The position numbers were made by a program, and so were the translations under genes. The notes under the pieces were generated by a model. The model ran no database searches, was not told the origin of the DNA, and was given only the letters and a program-made list of their open reading frames with translations. Below, in pieces: positions 23,915-37,013 of a DNA stretch of 64,000 nucleotides. This stretch comes from Batkoa obscura. Its lineage: Eukaryota. Where the stretch lies: assembly GCA_030770535.1 (NCBI GenBank), contig JASVEC010000018.1:744001-808000 (forward strand). The letters are read 5' to 3'. Each line of letters begins with the position of its first letter. Position 1 is the first letter of the stretch.

Positions 23915-26608
23915 TTTATATCTTATTTCAATAGACAGTCACAATTTAAAGTTTAAAATTTCAAATTTAAAAATTAATGAGCAATTCTTATGTTTTTAAA
24001 GTATTATTAATCTAAAATGAAATTTTTTCAAAAATTACTTATAAAATTGAGGTTTTCAATGTTTATTTTGTATCATTTTCATTTGAATAGTTTATTTTTA
24101 TATTCATGTTTCTATTGAATAAATTGTAATAAAACCTGTACTTTTGTTTCTTTGTTTTTAAAGTCTTATAAGTTTTAAATCTTTAATAATCTTTTGAATA
24201 AAAGATGTCAAAATGATATGCAACAACTTTCTATGAGTGAGTTAATTTCTAAACTGGACTATAACTTAATTACCTATTTTAATAATAAAAGATTACTATC
24301 AATCACTTATTTGAAGAATATTTATATAGTATGGTAAATAAAAGCATAGTTCCCATGAATACTAATTGTGATATTTGGTAAAGAAATTGCCATGTTCAAC
24401 CTTTTCAAACCTTTTCAAAAGTTATAATTTTGGAAATTGACTTGAAATGAAATGAAATAAACAAGTATGATGTTAATTAAATGCAATTATTATTTATACA
24501 GGATCCTCACCTTAGTTTAATTATTTTAACATCTTTATAGCGAACGAATATATAATTAAACTAACAATTATATAATTAATGAAATATTCTATTTTATTAA
24601 GTAATCTAAATGTTTGATGTAAATAGTTATAATTTATCATCTTTTTAAGTTATCTAGAATTAAGAACTTAATATTATATTATTTAAACTTGGACACAATG
24701 CAATTCATTTCACAATTTAAGAAGTAAACTGAATATTACTTATTTTAATTAAGTTGTCTTTAGTCATCTTTTCTAATTAATTTTTAGTCTTTAAATACAT
24801 GAACACAATAAATTAAAATAATGAAATAAGTATATTTTTAAATAATAAACTATTTTTAAATGTCAATCTATTATATTTTTAAAAATGTACAGGAGTCTAT
24901 GTTTATTTATAAGAATTTAAAGTCTAAAATAAAGTTAATATTTAATGATGAGTAACAAAGACTAATTTTTAAAATAATCCGTTTTTTTCAAAATATTCTT
25001 CAAAGTACTTAAATTCTCCCAAGTAATTATTAAGTTAAACAAATAGTAATTGATAATGTGGGGAAGTGGTCCATTAACTAGTGCTTCTTTACTTCACGGA
25101 AATTTATCAATTTAGAGTACCAATTGATATCAAAAGTTACTAATAAATAGAAACACTGATACAATTATTTAAAAAATAAAATGTTTTTTTTATAAATGTA
25201 CTATTAGAACAGTATAATATTAGTCGTTTTATTATGTATCTCTTCATTTTAATGAGTAAGTAATACAAACAACCCTAGATTTATTATTAAAATATTCAAG
25301 TTCAACTATTTATTTACTAAAGATAAAAGTGATAATAGTAAGTTATTATTTTATTATGCCTAGGAAATAAACTTATTGTTTCTATAAGGTAAGAGATATT
25401 AATAAGCATAGTCGTAAGCTATCATTTTCATTTTTTTTAAAAGTACGAGTGTCATTGCCAATCGAATTTATGAGAAAAGAGTCAATAGTAAAATAATCTA
25501 GTAATTTAACCTTCAGAAGTTGGAACATAAAGTTATTAGCTTTTATTTAATAAGATCAAAAGCGGACATTATTGAGCTTAAGTCATTAGCTGTTTACTCC
25601 TCATATATCACCCTTATTTTCCTCTTCTTTCTCACGGTCATCTGTACCACTTCTTACTTTTAGTTGATAAATCAATTGAGGAGTTCATCCTCTTTCAAGA
25701 TATTTTTTGACTAAAGCTCTCTTGATATCTTTTAATGTTATAATCTTGTCCTAATATATACTGGCATATATGTGTAAGTTCTAAAATAATAAAGATTTAG
25801 CATTCAATCAAAACCTCTAGAATTATGATCATAATGAACAAATATTAGAGTCCAAAACATGTTTCCTCTTAAGTTACCATACATAATAACCATCCGCTCG
25901 ATGGCGTTAAACATCAACTTTATTCTTTTTATTTTTAATTATCCGGTAAATTTTGTAATTTTAAATGTGAAATGTAAATCATATGGTAAAAATTGAAAAA
26001 ATGATAATTAGATGTTATATATGAAGTCTATAACATTCTTCAAAATTAAAATATAATATCATAAATAAAATCCTTATTATAAGCAAGGAAAACACTTGTT
26101 TTAAACTATTATTATAAAGTTGATACCTTGCTGTGTATTAAAAATCGATACGACTATAAATGAACTTTCTAAAAAATAAGGGTAGGAAATAAAGGAATAA
26201 AATGGAAATCAAATTCATTGACGTATACCGCTATTTTTTAGAGAAAATGGCAGTTACTGATAGAAATAACAATGCTATTAAAATGAAAATAACTTTCAAT
26301 ATTTTTATCAAAAAAAGTGTTAATTCATTTTTCTAAGTGATAAACTAATATATTACATGCTCTAGAAATTCCTATTTTTTATCTTCCCAAACCAAAATTT
26401 AAAACGATTTACAAACCATTTACCTAATTTAGCTAATCTATTATAAAACCATAGTTTAAAATTAAAAATATCAAATTAAACTTTAAAATTGGCTTTAAAA
26501 TTCAAGTGTTTTTTAAAAGAGGTGTTTAGGGGAATAAGGCATGGAAAAAGAATAAAATATAAATAAGAACTATGATCATGGTCACTTTGTTTTTTAATCA
26601 TCGGAAAA

Positions 26609-27937
26609 ATGGAAGCCTCAACTCAATTGTCTAACAGTAACAATTTAGAAATTAAGGTGAGTGATGAAGGCTATCGGTATTATGAAGGTTATCGTATTAA
26701 TGATGAAAAAGACCAAATTTATTACAAGACTTGGATGGTAATGGTATTATTTTACTTGAAGCTTTTTAACAATTTATTAGCCTTTAGATGAGAACAAACA
26801 ACTAATTGGGAATATTGTCTTTGTCCATGGGTTTGCAGAATATTGCAATCGTTATACCCCAATATTTCAACACTTCCTTAAAGATGGTTATAAAATTTAC
26901 AGTTTTGACCAGGTGGGTCATGGTTACACTGCAAAGCTTAAAAATACTTTTGGACGTGGTAGAGGTTTGTTAAGAGTACTAAAAGATATCGATGCTACTA
27001 TTGAATCTATTGAAGATAAAAATCTACCTTTGATATTATATGCTCAAAGTTGGGTAAGCAAAAGTTCAATTATAATTTATCCTAGTTAATAAATTAAAGG
27101 GCGGGAACTGTGCCTTGAACTACTTGGCAATAGGAAAATATCGGGATAAGATCTATGGAGGGCTTATTGGTTGTAAGTAACTTAAACCACTAATAATTTA
27201 GTTTAAAATTGGTTATAGCCCCTTGCGTAAAAGTAGCTAAAGAATCAAGTCCTCCTGCTTTTATTATACCCATTTTAGAGCTTATTTGTAAAGTTATGCC
27301 GTGGATAATGCTTAAGATACCAATAGGTAATTTTTTATTTAAAATAAAAGTTTAAATTTAAAATTCTTAGACCTCGATCATTTATCTAGAGTGCAAGAAA
27401 TAAGAGACGCAGCTGCAAAGGATGAGATGATGTATGATACTTACCAATTACTTCAAAGTAATTAATGTAATTTATTTGGAAATATAAATTAACAACATGT
27501 TTAGTAAGAGATTTAGTAATTGGTGGAAGAGAATTGCTTAAAGAAAGATATAAAAAGATTAATGTACCTCATCTATATATTACCCATGGAGATGTTGATA
27601 AAGTGACTGAATATAAAGCAACAAAAACTTTCTATGGAAAATTAAAGGCTTATAATAAAATACCAAACTTAAAATTTGAAACCATTGAAGGTGGATTCCA
27701 TGAGTGTAAAACCATATCTATATTTATTATTATAACTAATCATTTATATTTGTTTAGTACAAAATGACTTATGTGGAGACGATGTAAGTTTCAACATTAA
27801 TTATAGGATTTATTATTTATTATTTATTATTTATTGTTTAGATAATTTCTCGTTATACCACTTGGGTCAGGGAGGTGTGTACTAATTTTGATCCTAAAAA
27901 ACTTCCTTCTTCGGCTTTATCTACTTCTAAATTATAA
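26609..27937 (+). CDS. Alpha/beta hydrolase, monoglyceride lipase/lysophospholipase-like (Yju3-like), multi-exon, C-terminal SKL
   Basis: VFVHGFAEYCNRY, FDQVGHG, elbow YAQSW|GG, HGDVDKVT, GGFHE; last exon ends ...LSTSKL*. Confidence 0.85.
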
Positions 27938-28156
27938 TATGGTATTAATTATTTTAATCATTATATAGCCTTTAATAACGTCATGGATCTAAATCGAATA
28001 CAACTGTATTCAATTATTTAACTACCAAAATAAATGCTTTTATATTATTTTAATTTTTTTATATTTTTTTAGATAACATTAAAAACTTAAACAAAAATTC
28101 AAAATATGCAGCTATTTATAATTAAAATGATTAACAAAATTGGGTTATTTTTTTAA

Positions 28157-29233
28157 ATGTGGTATTTAAATCTAGTAAAAGCACCATTAAATAGAAAACT
28201 TGCGCTATCAATAGTAAAACCGAATGTACATACTATTTTAAAAGCATCCCATTTACATGATCAGCCAAATGCTTTACCAACAAAAGACTTGAGTCCAGAA
28301 AGATGGTCTCCTGCTCCAAGTATAAATTTACAACATTTAATTACAAGTTATCAAGGTTTATCTAAGGCTAAACTGGCAGGTTTAGTGGCATTATCAACTA
28401 TGTGTGGTTATGCCGCAGCTCCAGGAGCAGCTGAACTATCAACCTTATTATACACAACAGTAGGAACTGGATTATGCATCAGTAGCGCTAACTCTTTAAA
28501 TCAATGGGTAGAGATACCTTATGACGCTCAAATGTCAAGAACGCGTAATCGAGTGCTAGTAAAACATGCCCTTACCCCTCAACATGCGTTCACATTTGGA
28601 ATTACTAGTGGCATCTTAGGGGTAACAACCCTATATCAATTAGTTAATCCTACTGTTGCTGCTTTAGGTTTAGCTAATATTTTTTTATATACCTCAGTAT
28701 ATACACCATTGAAAAGGTATTCAATTATAAATACTTGGGTTGGAGCTGTGGTTGGCGCTATACCGCCAATGATGGGTTGGGCTGCTAGTACTGGTGATCT
28801 TGGAGTAGGTAGTTGGTTGTTAGCTGCATCGTTGTATGCTTGGCAATTTCCTCATTTCAATTCTTTAGCTTGGAATTTACGTTCGGATTATTCTAAGGCT
28901 GGCTATCAAATGATGGCAGTTACAGATCCAAACTTGAATGCAAGAGTTTCTTTAAGATATGCTTTAGCGTTGATACCCATTTCTATAGCTTTCCCAGCGT
29001 TTGGTATTACTACTTGGTGGTTTGCTTTGGACTCAAATATTATTAATATTTATATGGCTGTTAAAGCTTACTCTTTTTGGTCCCGACCAAATGACAAATT
29101 TGCAAGGTCTTTATTTTTTGCTAGTTTGATTCACCTTCCAATATTCTTCGCGTTAATGCTTTTACATAAAAGTGGTGATGAAGACCAACCTACTTTTATA
29201 GATAGACTAATTTATCATAAAAAAGATATCTAA
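28157..29233 (+). CDS. COX10: Protoheme IX farnesyltransferase (heme O synthase)
   Basis: SANSLNQWVEIPYDAQMSRTRNR, YTPLKRYSIINTWVGAVVGAIPP, WQFPHFNSL. Confidence 0.96.
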   Translation: MWYLNLVKAPLNRKLALSIVKPNVHTILKASHLHDQPNALPTKDLSPERWSPAPSINLQHLITSYQGLSKAKLAGLVALSTMCGYAAAPGAAELSTLLYTTVGTGLCISSANSLNQWVEIPYDAQMSRTRNRVLVKHALTPQHAFTFGITSGILGVTTLYQLVNPTVAALGLANIFLYTSVYTPLKRYSIINTWVGAVVGAIPPMMGWAASTGDLGVGSWLLAASLYAWQFPHFNSLAWNLRSDYSKAGYQMMAVTDPNLNARVSLRYALALIPISIAFPAFGITTWWFALDSNIINIYMAVKAYSFWSRPNDKFARSLFFASLIHLPIFFALMLLHKSGDEDQPTFIDRLIYHKKDI

Positions 29234-29346
29234 TGCTTTTTTGGAAAATAGAATTAAGTTATCAAACTATGGAAGCATATCTAAATTAAAAGAACTCGAG
29301 TGTATACTTAGTATAAAGCTAATAAAAACATTAATTAAACCATAAT

Positions 29347-29386
29347 TTTTAATTGATTTTAATTGATTTTAATTGATTTTAATTGA
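29347..29386. repeat. 10-bp tandem repeat (TTTTAATTGA) x4
   Basis: Read directly. Confidence 0.9.
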
Positions 29387-29605
29387 CCTATTTAACCTAT
29401 TATTAAATTATACTTTAAAAGAAATTATAGACTATATAAAAAACTCATTTTTTAATATTGCTTCTTTATATAAAAAATAAAAAAGTATTTAATATGGATA
29501 AGATATCAAAAAAATTGTAACAAAAGATGCTATATAAAATATTCTATTGATTGGTCAAAGCATCAACTTTTAAAAAGAAGTTTTAACTCAATGAGGACAT
29601 AACCC

Positions 29606-30462
29606 TTAAGCTATTAGTCGACCTAATCTATCGATACCTGACTTTGTAGCATCCTCGTGAGGTTGAAACTCTAAAGTATCACCAGCTGGTAACTCTATAG
29701 AAGCTCTTAAATGACGCCTAAATATAGATTAATACTAATGTATTTTAATCTAACGAAAAAACTTACCCTATATCTAATAATTCGTCTTTTTGGTGAGAAT
29801 CGCGAGTCCAAAGAGATAAACGATAAAAAGCTTTTCTAACTGAAACTACGATACCACATACTTGTTCTGAGTGTGGAGAAGATTCTCCAATGCACATAAG
29901 TATCTAAAAGTTAGTTTAAGAGCTAAAAATAAATAGATACTTACAGAATATAAGAAATAGTGATTTATTCCATGGGCTTGTTTTTTATTGAATTGGACGG
30001 TCCAACGACCACCTTTGGCGTTGGCAGGATCTTCCCAAGCTGGTCGAATACCTTCTCTAAAAATGTGAAAGTTGGAACCAACAGATAATTCTGAAACTTT
30101 AGTAATATTATTATAAGCTCTAAAAAAAATGTTAAAAGTTACGATAGAATAAAAATCAAGCATGTTACTTACCCCCAGAAGTCTTCAACGGTACGAAAAG
30201 TAATCAATGGTTTTAAGTTTTGAGACCAGTCCTTTTGAGCTGGTTTTGAGTTTTGAGAATCATACCAAAAGGTCCAACTTTCTTGTAAAGGATGTTTTAC
30301 ATTATAGTTAACCGGGTCATTGAATATTGTTAAAAACTCTTGTTTATCTTCTCCCTCGTTTTCTGCTCCCTCCTCACCACTCTCTTGATTCACCACTTCA
30401 GCTTCAGCAGCCACTTGCTCCAAAATTGGATTTTCTTCTTTTTGATCTATACTTAATGACAT
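29606..30462 (-). CDS. TIF45: Translation initiation factor eIF4E, 4 or more exons (3' end approximate)
   Basis: HPLQESWTFWYD, FRTVEDFWG, FREGIRPAWEDPANAKGGRW, FYRLSLWTR. Confidence 0.93.
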
Positions 30463-30855
30463 TTTATCTGGCAATAATTCTGATTAATTAATGGCTTCAA
30501 GGCCTACTTTAGCAAAAATGAAAACTTAAATTGTAAAAATTAACAAATTTCTTTTATGAAATTTATACAAACCTATTGCCAAAATTGTATTACTGCAAAA
30601 ACTTAATTTACTCAATTGGCTACCTCTTTGATTTTGATTTTAAAAATATTAAATTTTCATTATTTTTCAATAAGATAAAGTATTTATAGTTCGACAGCTT
30701 GATTGAGAAGGAGCATTTAGTTTACCTTTTAATTTGGCCACCCCCATATTATCGAGAATTTTTTTACAGAGACTGATTAATAATAATACAAAAAGAGAAA
30801 TAAATAAAAAGATAAAAATCAACTAAGCTCAATATTAGATTTAAAAGCTTTATAT

Positions 30856-30954
30856 GGAGATGTGTTTTTGTATTTAATAATTTTACTAATAATTTTTCCA
30901 CTCAAATAGCGCTTAAAAGATGGAAAAAGTGATAAAGTCAAAAAAAACACTCGC
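30856..30954 (+). mobile_element. MITE family A copy
   Basis: 99 bp with a perfect 4-bp flanking duplication ATAT/ATAT. Confidence 0.88.
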
Positions 30955-31656
30955 ATATTTTATATTAATTAACTTTAAACAGTATGTATAATATAAACCC
31001 CTATTTATGATTTTACAAAATAACAGGATAAAGCCAGACCCAAAAAACAGTTGATATAAAATTATGTAACTTTAAATGAAGCACTTTAAAATAGAATCTA
31101 ACTCTGAAAAGTATTATTATTTATATTTTAACTACTCAAGAATAAGATGAATTAAGTTTTTTTGCAAAAGTCAGAAATACGTTGAGTAAGCTCCAATACC
31201 TTCCAGAATGGCTCCCTTTAATCTACTGCCCTAGAAACCCCAACCTATTTCCTCCGCCTTGGCAAATAAGCTATTTGACCTATTCAACTTACCAAGAAGA
31301 AAACGGTATAGGTTGATTAATTAGATGTATTGATTGCATAAATATTATATTTAAATATATAATGATTAAGTGTGCTTCAAATCTTGTGCTTTTGAAATAT
31401 ACATAAATTATTATTATTTGGTATGTTGATTTTTACTAAAGACTTGAAAGTCATGATATTATCATAATATAGCACTTGACCATAGGGATTTATTTGAATG
31501 AGCTATATCAATACTAAATAAAATACTCAACCATCATAATAACGATAGTGTACTTACAAACATGATAAGTTAAAAATGATAGATAAATTAAAAACTTAAA
31601 ATTTTATTATTTAAAACATTTAAATTTAATTAAGTCAATTAGTTATAATATGCTAT

Positions 31657-33639
31657 TTAATAAGTTGGTTCCGAAGATTTTGTGCAGCTGGTAGTTTTTG
31701 AAGGCTTTGGGTTATATTCTTCATACTTTTCTTCTGCATCTCTTGATTTTTTGTAATAACTATATTCTTCTTCTTGCTTCTTGTGTGGGCGTCTTTGCTT
31801 CTTACGTTTAGGTTTTTGCTTTCTTTGAGGCTTCTTTTTACCATAATGTGAACTTGGTTTGGGTTTCTTTCCATAATCGCCTTCCCTGCTTGGCTGAGGG
31901 TTCTCTTTATAGTCTCCTTCTCCAATCGGTTGGGGTTTGTTTTCATAATCATCTCCCGAGCTTGGCTGAGGCTTATAATCATAGTCAACTTCAGACTCTG
32001 AGGGAGTTTCAGTAGGCTGAGGTCTATTATTATAATCCTCTTGAGATTTTGAAGTAGTAGTTGTTACAGGGGTTTTATTGTCACCACTTTTATCACATAA
32101 AGTTAAAGTAGGCTTAGTAGTTGCATCAACATCGACAGTTACTGAGAAAGCAGCTTCTTTAGTTGGACTTGGGGCAGGGTCAAAAGTAGTTGGAGCAGTA
32201 TAATTTGGATTAGCATCAGGAAGAACAGGCAAAGCTGGTTTATCGACAACAGGGATTGTTGCGTTAAGTTTAGCTGCTAAATCAGGACGTTTACAGAGAG
32301 AAGCTGGTGAAATATGGTCAATTTGATTGAAAACTGAAATAACTTGAGCTAACTTGGATTCACAAGTTTTTACAACCTCCATTGAAAGTTTATTTCTTGC
32401 GCACCACTCTTCTGGGAGAGGATCGGGAAGACGAATTTTGTAGGGATCTTCCCTATCCTTAGAATCAGGAGCATCAATAGGGATTTTGGCATCATCTTTT
32501 CCTTTTCCTTTTCCAGGTTCAGGTGCAGTTACATTTAGATCAACAATAGTGGTCTGAGTTGGTAATGGCTGTACATTATCAGAAGTAGAAGAAGGACTGA
32601 CTTTATTTGAAGAAGAACCAGTTTCAGTGGGCTTAGATACTGACTGGTTTCCAGAAGAGCTATCACTAGTTTCAGTAGGTCTAGAAGCAGTTTCAGTTCC
32701 AGAAGTAGTTCCAGTAGATGAAGTTAAAACGGAAGTAATAGTAATTGAAGGAACGGGATCGACTTGAACGGAGTCATCACTGTAGCTATAACAAAGTTTG
32801 TTAATATCAGTAACATCACCTACAGGGTTTTTATGTGGTCGAAGGATGTCAGATTTAGAAGCTGGGCGACGATTGACACCGAATCCATCATAGGTGTCTT
32901 GAATTTCAGGATGTTGAACTTGCCAGTCGTAGTAGACCTTATCAACATAACCGTGATGAAGCCAGAAAATAGGATCATTGGGACTACTATGGAGTCTCAT
33001 ATCACCACCAATAGCTACATGCGGCCCACCATGAGGAGCAGCTTCAAATGTTCTAGTAAGATCTGAGTATTTATCTGCTTTATCAACAATGGCTTTAATA
33101 GCTTCAGGAGCATAGAAAACACCCATGCTCCCATCATCGTTTTTGAATCTTCTCTTAAGACAATGCTTGTCTTCTTTACCTGAGCCGTCATACAATACTT
33201 CCCAATTTGCAAATGCACCATCTTCAACACAATCGTCATTATCTGGATTACCATTTCCACCAAAATAGCGCTCAGTGAAGAGACCGCTTTTCTCTGGGGC
33301 TTGAGAATCGTAAGGCCAGTTCCAATATGGAATCGATACTTCAGGATCAACCTTTTGAAGTTCAGTTTCAAACTCTAACAAAAATTGACGATGCCATACT
33401 AAGAAACCAGTATGACCATGGGCAAATTTGCTATTTGCGATATGAGCAAGAGCAAATTTATCATAAGTGGTTGGCTTCTCGCCTTCATTTAATTTTTTTA
33501 CTGCATTAAAGAATCTAGTTCTTTCATCATCAGTGAGTTTTCTAAACTCTTTACGTACGTATTTTCTTTGACATTGGGCTTCAGCGCCTGAAATAAGGGC
33601 TGAAGAAAATAAAAGACCGGCTAACAAAAGTTTCAACAT
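31657..33639 (-). CDS. Secreted tyrosinase (type-3 di-copper) with Ser/Thr/Pro linker and Tyr/Lys/Pro repeat tail, intronless
   Basis: Signal peptide MLKLLLAGLLFSSALISGAEA; RKEFRKL; CuA ALAH..AHG..FLVWHR; CuB PHGGPH..SPNDPIFWLHH. Confidence 0.93.
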   Translation of the reverse strand: MLKLLLAGLLFSSALISGAEAQCQRKYVRKEFRKLTDDERTRFFNAVKKLNEGEKPTTYDKFALAHIANSKFAHGHTGFLVWHRQFLLEFETELQKVDPEVSIPYWNWPYDSQAPEKSGLFTERYFGGNGNPDNDDCVEDGAFANWEVLYDGSGKEDKHCLKRRFKNDDGSMGVFYAPEAIKAIVDKADKYSDLTRTFEAAPHGGPHVAIGGDMRLHSSPNDPIFWLHHGYVDKVYYDWQVQHPEIQDTYDGFGVNRRPASKSDILRPHKNPVGDVTDINKLCYSYSDDSVQVDPVPSITITSVLTSSTGTTSGTETASRPTETSDSSSGNQSVSKPTETGSSSNKVSPSSTSDNVQPLPTQTTIVDLNVTAPEPGKGKGKDDAKIPIDAPDSKDREDPYKIRLPDPLPEEWCARNKLSMEVVKTCESKLAQVISVFNQIDHISPASLCKRPDLAAKLNATIPVVDKPALPVLPDANPNYTAPTTFDPAPSPTKEAAFSVTVDVDATTKPTLTLCDKSGDNKTPVTTTTSKSQEDYNNRPQPTETPSESEVDYDYKPQPSSGDDYENKPQPIGEGDYKENPQPSREGDYGKKPKPSSHYGKKKPQRKQKPKRKKQRRPHKKQEEEYSYYKKSRDAEEKYEEYNPKPSKTTSCTKSSEPTY

Positions 33640-36600
33640 ATTATATAGTCAACTAGGACTCGAATGTATAACAATACCAGATTGGAATTAAATAAGTAAA
33701 ATAATTCGAGCGGCAGCCTTTTTATATCTTTTACCAAATTATGTTATAACCTAAATTCCAATGCTTTTAATAAATTTATAAATTAATAATAATAAATTTA
33801 GATAAATATAGTAATTTTCATAGAATTTAAATAACTCATTGGATATTTTCTTATTTACAAATACCAAAAACCGAAAATATAGAACAATCAATAAATTAAT
33901 TAAAGCTTTATTTCTCACTTTTTATTATATTGCTATAAATTGAACTTTATACAAATAGAGCTCTAATTTTACTTTGATATCATAAATAATAAAAGATGAC
34001 TTATTGTGTTTATTCATGTTATATTTTAATGTGTATAGTTCGATTTAAAAGGGTACAATAAGTGTGAAATTTCAACCTTTCATATGGGTTTAGAATTGAG
34101 CTGTATAGAGCAACTACAATTAAATGATATCGTATTTAAATAAGTTTTTACTATAATGTTTCATTTTAAAGATAAATGTATGGATATAATAGGGTGTTAA
34201 TATACAACTATGTCTTTAGTATAATATTTTAATGTGAATGGAGTTCTAAAAGTAGCTAATTATCAAAAGTATTATCATTTGGTATTGTGTTACTAAAATA
34301 AGTAGAACTATTTAAAAAACTCTTAACATAATATATAGCTTATATCATATCTAATTACATGTTTTGTCATATTCAATTAATTTGATAAGCTATTTTTAAA
34401 AAATTTGAAATATTATAAATTGCTGTTCTTTAAATTCTAAGCATATATTAACAATATGATCACCTATACACTTATTTAGATAATAAGTAATATAAAATTA
34501 CTTTTTAAAAGAGCGATTTAAATGTAATATTAGACCTATTAGACATTACATTATAGCAGTTGCACACTTTTGTTAAAAAATAGCAGAGGTGATTATTTTC
34601 AATGGTTTGGGATTTCAATTTTAAAAATATAATAAGAACTAAAGAGTATATTAAAATCCATACTAGTCAATAAATCTTTTGCTTTACTCTAAATACCTGT
34701 CACTTTTTATAAAGGATTACACAGACGCTATTTTATCAACTAGCAAAACTTTGGTTATATAAACCTATTTAATAGTCAAATTACCACCTTCGATAGCTAC
34801 CATAGAATATACACATTGTTATAATATTTTTATTCAAAAAATAAAGATGAAACAATATATTTGAACTTTATCAAAGTTATTCTTCAAGTTTTAATATTTT
34901 TATAGGGATAAAAAGTCAATAAAAATATCCAGCTATTAAAGAACTTACAATGAAATTATTAATTGAATAAATCTACATAACTAATAAATGGGTATTCCAT
35001 ATTTTTTACTGGTTTAGTTTAATATTTCGTACATTCCATGTTAAACTACTTTTTGTCTTTGACTTCTTTTCTATTTAACTATTAACTATATTAATTGATG
35101 TTATATATTTATAAAATCTTATTATTAGTTTCTCATCAAATTAATTCAATTTTCCATATAGTATTAAAATTTATATGATAAATATAGTACGATATTGGCC
35201 CTGCATAATTATAAATATAAAAATTTAAATTAATTACTTTTACTGAAATAATCTAAAAATAAAATAAATGAATCAAGTTGGGAAGATTTAAATACATCTA
35301 ATATATTTGGAAATTACAAAAATTACAATGATTTTATTAATGTATTTTAATTTTATTAATATTTTTTATCCTGGTTAAATATTTAATTTACCGTTACACT
35401 TCATTTTAGCATAAATCAACGATAGTTATAGTAAATTAATTTATGATATCCAAGTATACATATTGATGTAGGCTACTTGTATCAATCATAAATGATTAGC
35501 ATCAACAAAGATTAGCAAGGTTTTGATACAAATTCTACTTAAACTGTTAATGACTATTATATTATACTATATCCATTTATCCTAAGCAAAAAAAGCGACA
35601 AAAGGCTATAGTGCTTATTTAATATGGTTAATTTAAAAGCCAAAAATTAAAATTTTCAATTCACTTTTTTTGTCCATTTCTTATGTAACGTAAATTTTAA
35701 AAAATTATTAAGCAAGGCTATCCAAAGACGTTTCAACATGAATTATTTAAATTAAAACCATGTATTTTTGTAGCACTAGGTGCTCAATTTGCAATTTTGC
35801 AGAAAACCAAATCGAATAAAATTTGAACCGAGCTTTTAAACTAACCTATAAAGTTTAATGCCAGGTAGAGATTTAAAATTAGAATATTTTTTAAAATTTT
35901 AATTTTAAAATATATAGGAAAAGATAATTACAAGGAAATGCTTGGAAATAATATGAATGATCTCACCTAGACCCATAAAGCTCAGCGGTAGGAGCATCTA
36001 TAATTAAAGTAACTAGTTTCAACAAATAACGATAAAACACCATTAAAATATTTGTCTTCGTGGAGATCTTAAACTAGAACATTTGAAATAATATTTCATA
36101 TGTATTAGTAGTCAAAATTAAAGCAGGAATTTTGTAACATTAGAACATATATATAGTATCCAAACGACTTATTATAACTAGATAACTAAGACATCAATAT
36201 CAATTTTCAGATAAATGCTTTGTTAACTTTGAAGAGAAATTACGAAATAATTTAAATATATGCTTTGTCATAAGTACTGATTTATTTATTGGTTGTTTTA
36301 TAACAACTCACACATATACAATAGTAGTCCCCTCCTAAGAAATAACAACCAAATTGCATAATGAAATAGCTTAATGTTAATACAAATCTAGTTTATAAAT
36401 GAACCTAAATGCTTTAATAATAGCCACTTAATAATCTATTTGTCGATTCAGATTTTAATTTGAAGACCATATAGGTATACTGACTTTAAAGAATATATTT
36501 TGAAATTTAATGATTTATTTTAAATTGTTCACAAGTTAATTTTACTTTTACACATACTTTGTAATTAGCTTATGCTAAAAAGTGCTTTACTCTATGTACT

Positions 36601-37013
36601 ATTTGAGAGATCATTCTTAAAACTAAGGTGGAGCGATGTGAACAATAACATTATACTTAATGCAGTATAGAATTGATAGTTTAAATTTTACATATTCCAA
36701 TAAAGTGTATAGTCTAGTATTTACCTTTGTATAACATTTTTTTAAATCCTGTTTTCAGATTTAAACTCACATGTAATAAAAGTTACTATTTTAAACTCAA
36801 CCACTTTTACACCCCATTTGTTACTAGAATAGCTTAATGCTTCCAATAGAATATTTCTAATGAAATATATCTTGTCTAGATGATATTTTACCTTGTATTA
36901 ACACCTCCAAATTATAAAATAAGACAGCGATAATTATAACTAGATTTATCCATAACTTTTGTATTTGATTTCATAATATTAGTTTGTATCTTTTTTTATT
37001 AAATTACGATGAT

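Noticed and set aside
25400..25920. Coding-like patch on the minus strand
   Set aside because: The part I translated has stops in all three frames and no recognisable motif; possibly a relic but not supportable.
31653..31988. 111-aa alternate-frame ORF over the tyrosinase tail (also 32764..33066, 33015..33371, 33327..33509)
   Set aside because: Overlaps the tyrosinase CDS; explained by repetitive codon structure; no motif.
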